From Lingula anatina (Eukaryota; Animalia; Brachiopoda): a stretch of DNA of 64,000 nucleotides. The notes below the pieces were generated by a model, which searched no databases, was not told the origin of the DNA, and saw nothing but the letters and a program-made list of their open reading frames with translations. The translations under genes were made by a program, and so were the position numbers. Positions 61,690 to 64,000 of the stretch are shown piece after piece. The stretch spans positions 10,974,001 through 11,038,000 of the forward strand of contig CM120642.1 of the NCBI GenBank assembly GCA_051362555.1, read 5' to 3'. Numbering within the stretch: the first letter of the stretch is position 1; each line of letters starts with the position of its first letter.

Positions 61690-64000
61690 TTTGTTAAATT
61701 CAACTGGACATCATTGTGTATGAGATCACACCTGAAATGATATAAAATAATTTAATACTGAAAAAATAAATTTGATTTTTAGTTCCTACAAGTAGATTTT
61801 GCTCTTGCAAAGAATGTAACTTGTATCCCATTAATTCCACTGGAATTTCACCTCTGCCATCCATTGCCAGTATCTAAAATGAATGCTATTTTCTTAGGTG
61901 GGCCATCTCTAATAAAAGGCAAAAAGCACATCATTCTGTGACCTAAGAAGAACTTATTTTCTGTTAAATATGTAAAAAACACTGTTTACTGCTCAATAGT
62001 TTGAAAGCAAATACATTTGTTATTATAATTTAGATATTCTAGCTGACAGAGTGCTAGAAACAAAAAAAAAAAAAAAAAAAAAATTCACAACAAATGAAAT
62101 AAGAGTACTGCAGTACAGGCAACATATCAATATCAAAGTTTTACCTTAGCATTTCCCACGACGAATGATGACAAATAAGGCCTGATAAATCTACATTTCT
62201 AAAGATGCATTCAGTGATTGGTTATCCCACGTTGGTTATTTTATGGACGCACCTGCAGACAAACAAATTCTGTTAGCATTACATGTAGTTACATTTTTTC
62301 CAGGGGCGGAGTCTACTGGTTATAATTGCTTGACCTAAATGGTGCAAGTAAAGGTGTGAACAATAAATATCGGAACTTTACTCTGAGTTGTAATTACTCA
62401 AATGCACACAGAACGATTCGCAAATGAAAAAAAACTTCAGGTGAACACGGTAAACCCTTACCCTATTTAGTCCCTAGCTCGAAACCGGAAATTGGGGATT
62501 AACTTTAGCACTATTCAGCAGAAAATAAGACAATCACAATAACCTTTTATTGACAACATAAAATATGAAAGATACCTAGTAGAAATAAAGAGATACAACA
62601 AAAAGATTTTTTAGAGTATAAATTCTCTATTTTTTGGAATGTGGTCTAGAAAAATGCCAAGCAATGGTAAAATAAGCATTTTATGCTGAGCACTCACCTC
62701 ATTGTGCGCCAATATTCAATCATTTTTCATCTCTGGACTACGACAAATAAGTACCAAAATGGACGATAAAAAGGTAAAAATAAGAGTGATACGTCAAATT
62801 AAGTAAATGATATATACTGTTAATTGATTTTCTGCTTCTAGATATCTTTCGATCAAAATCTCAACTTTGTTACTTGACTAAGGGCCTCTGAAAATATGTT
62901 CCAACCAAATTCCAGACAAGTTGTGAGACGCTCCTGTCCGTCACGTGTGATGACAGTGTCCTTTTCTGCGCGTCTCATGAACTTAAGCTTGTGTATTATG
63001 AAAAAGGATTAAGTTTGTAAGCCACAAACAACAATAGAGATAATTGAGTTGCTAATTTTATTTTTATCAGGAGTGAACTTTATATTTAATTAGCTTTCAC
63101 TGAATGTGACACTGAAAGATACTGTACAGTGTATGTGGACTGACTCCTTATGTTTAGAAAGCAAATTTATATTTGCCATCTTTAAATTCACTATCCCTTA
63201 TGTTTTACATGTAGGTGAGTGGTGCTGAAGATGCTTACAGGGGTAGTAGACACAAATATTTCTGGAAAAAGAAAAAACACTATTGAATTAAGTTACAGTA
63301 ATAAGAATGTGACATTAGAAGTGATTTGCACATTGTTTAAAAGAATGCCCTTTTGCTTTGACTAAGTTTCATATCCATGCCAAGAGGAAGAGGGATTATT
63401 TGCAATTTTCTGATTTTCAGTGGTAAAACTCATGCATGTAATTATATGGATATTCCAGCTGTTGATACAAAAAAAAAAAAGTAAATAAAAGAGCTAACAT
63501 TGGATTTTTTATGCTTTACCTGATCTTAATGTGAAACAAAAGAATGAAAGTTCTTTTAAAAAGTCTTCCATGGCTATACTTGCATTAATTATGTAGAACT
63601 GAAATCTTATTTCGTCCCAATTTATCAAAATGGTGGTTTAACATGTATTTAGAGCTTATGCCTTCTGGCTTCAGAATCCTTTGTTGCCTAATGTCCTGCT
63701 ATTGTTGATTGTCAGGGAGTTGCCCGTTATAAATCTGTATACTACCTGAAATCTACTAGCCAGACTGGACAGAAACTGATGTTGAGTTCAAAAGGTTTAA
63801 TCAGACGTGAGCTTTATCCCAAGAATCACAGAACTCAGCTTTTTTATATGATCCCAGAGCAATTAAACCCCCAAAATTTACGTAAGGTGTTTGGTTCCAC
63901 AATAAATGTTCAGAGTCTTTTTTTTCTAAAAACCAGGCTCATGTCTGTTTAATAGCATATGCTGTTTTGAAAACATATTTATTATAATGGCATTTTCTTT

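Noticed and set aside
1-64000. CRISPR arrays, rRNA/tRNA genes, operons, in-frame UGA recoding, U12 (AT-AC) introns
   Set aside because: No repeat-spacer arrays or RNA-gene signatures seen; all coding introns I assembled are GT-AG and no exon needed a stop read-through.

Overview
AT-rich, intron-rich animal (invertebrate-like) genomic DNA; no prokaryotic features. I assembled the spliced genes by reading GT-AG junctions and checking exon phases. In order: the 3' end of cytosolic leucyl-tRNA synthetase (+); an 11-exon astacin metalloprotease with a C-terminal PLAT/LH2 domain (+, 4675-8421); a complete 21-exon pappalysin/PAPP-A (-, 10593-34773); a second, inverted copy of the astacin-PLAT gene (-, 38051-42318); a METTL24-like methyltransferase with degenerate motifs (+); a head-to-head pair of secreted/GPI-like Cys-rich paralogs containing a ShK-like module; and a 789-aa membrane protein with a Y-T-K-P-K-E helical repeat and an acidic tail (-). 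The main find is not visible as a whole in the ORF track. It is a phase-consistent gene with 4 coding exons, nested antisense in pappalysin intron 9 (+, 20476-22748). It encodes a 205-aa protein with a signal peptide, 10 Cys and a GPI-like tail, of no family I recognise, and it lies in the middle of the astacin-pappalysin-astacin metzincin cluster. Many short DNA-transposon derivatives (Harbinger-, Kolobok-, hAT5- and Helentron-like) and microsatellites are also present. Family assignments rest on recalled motifs, not database searches.
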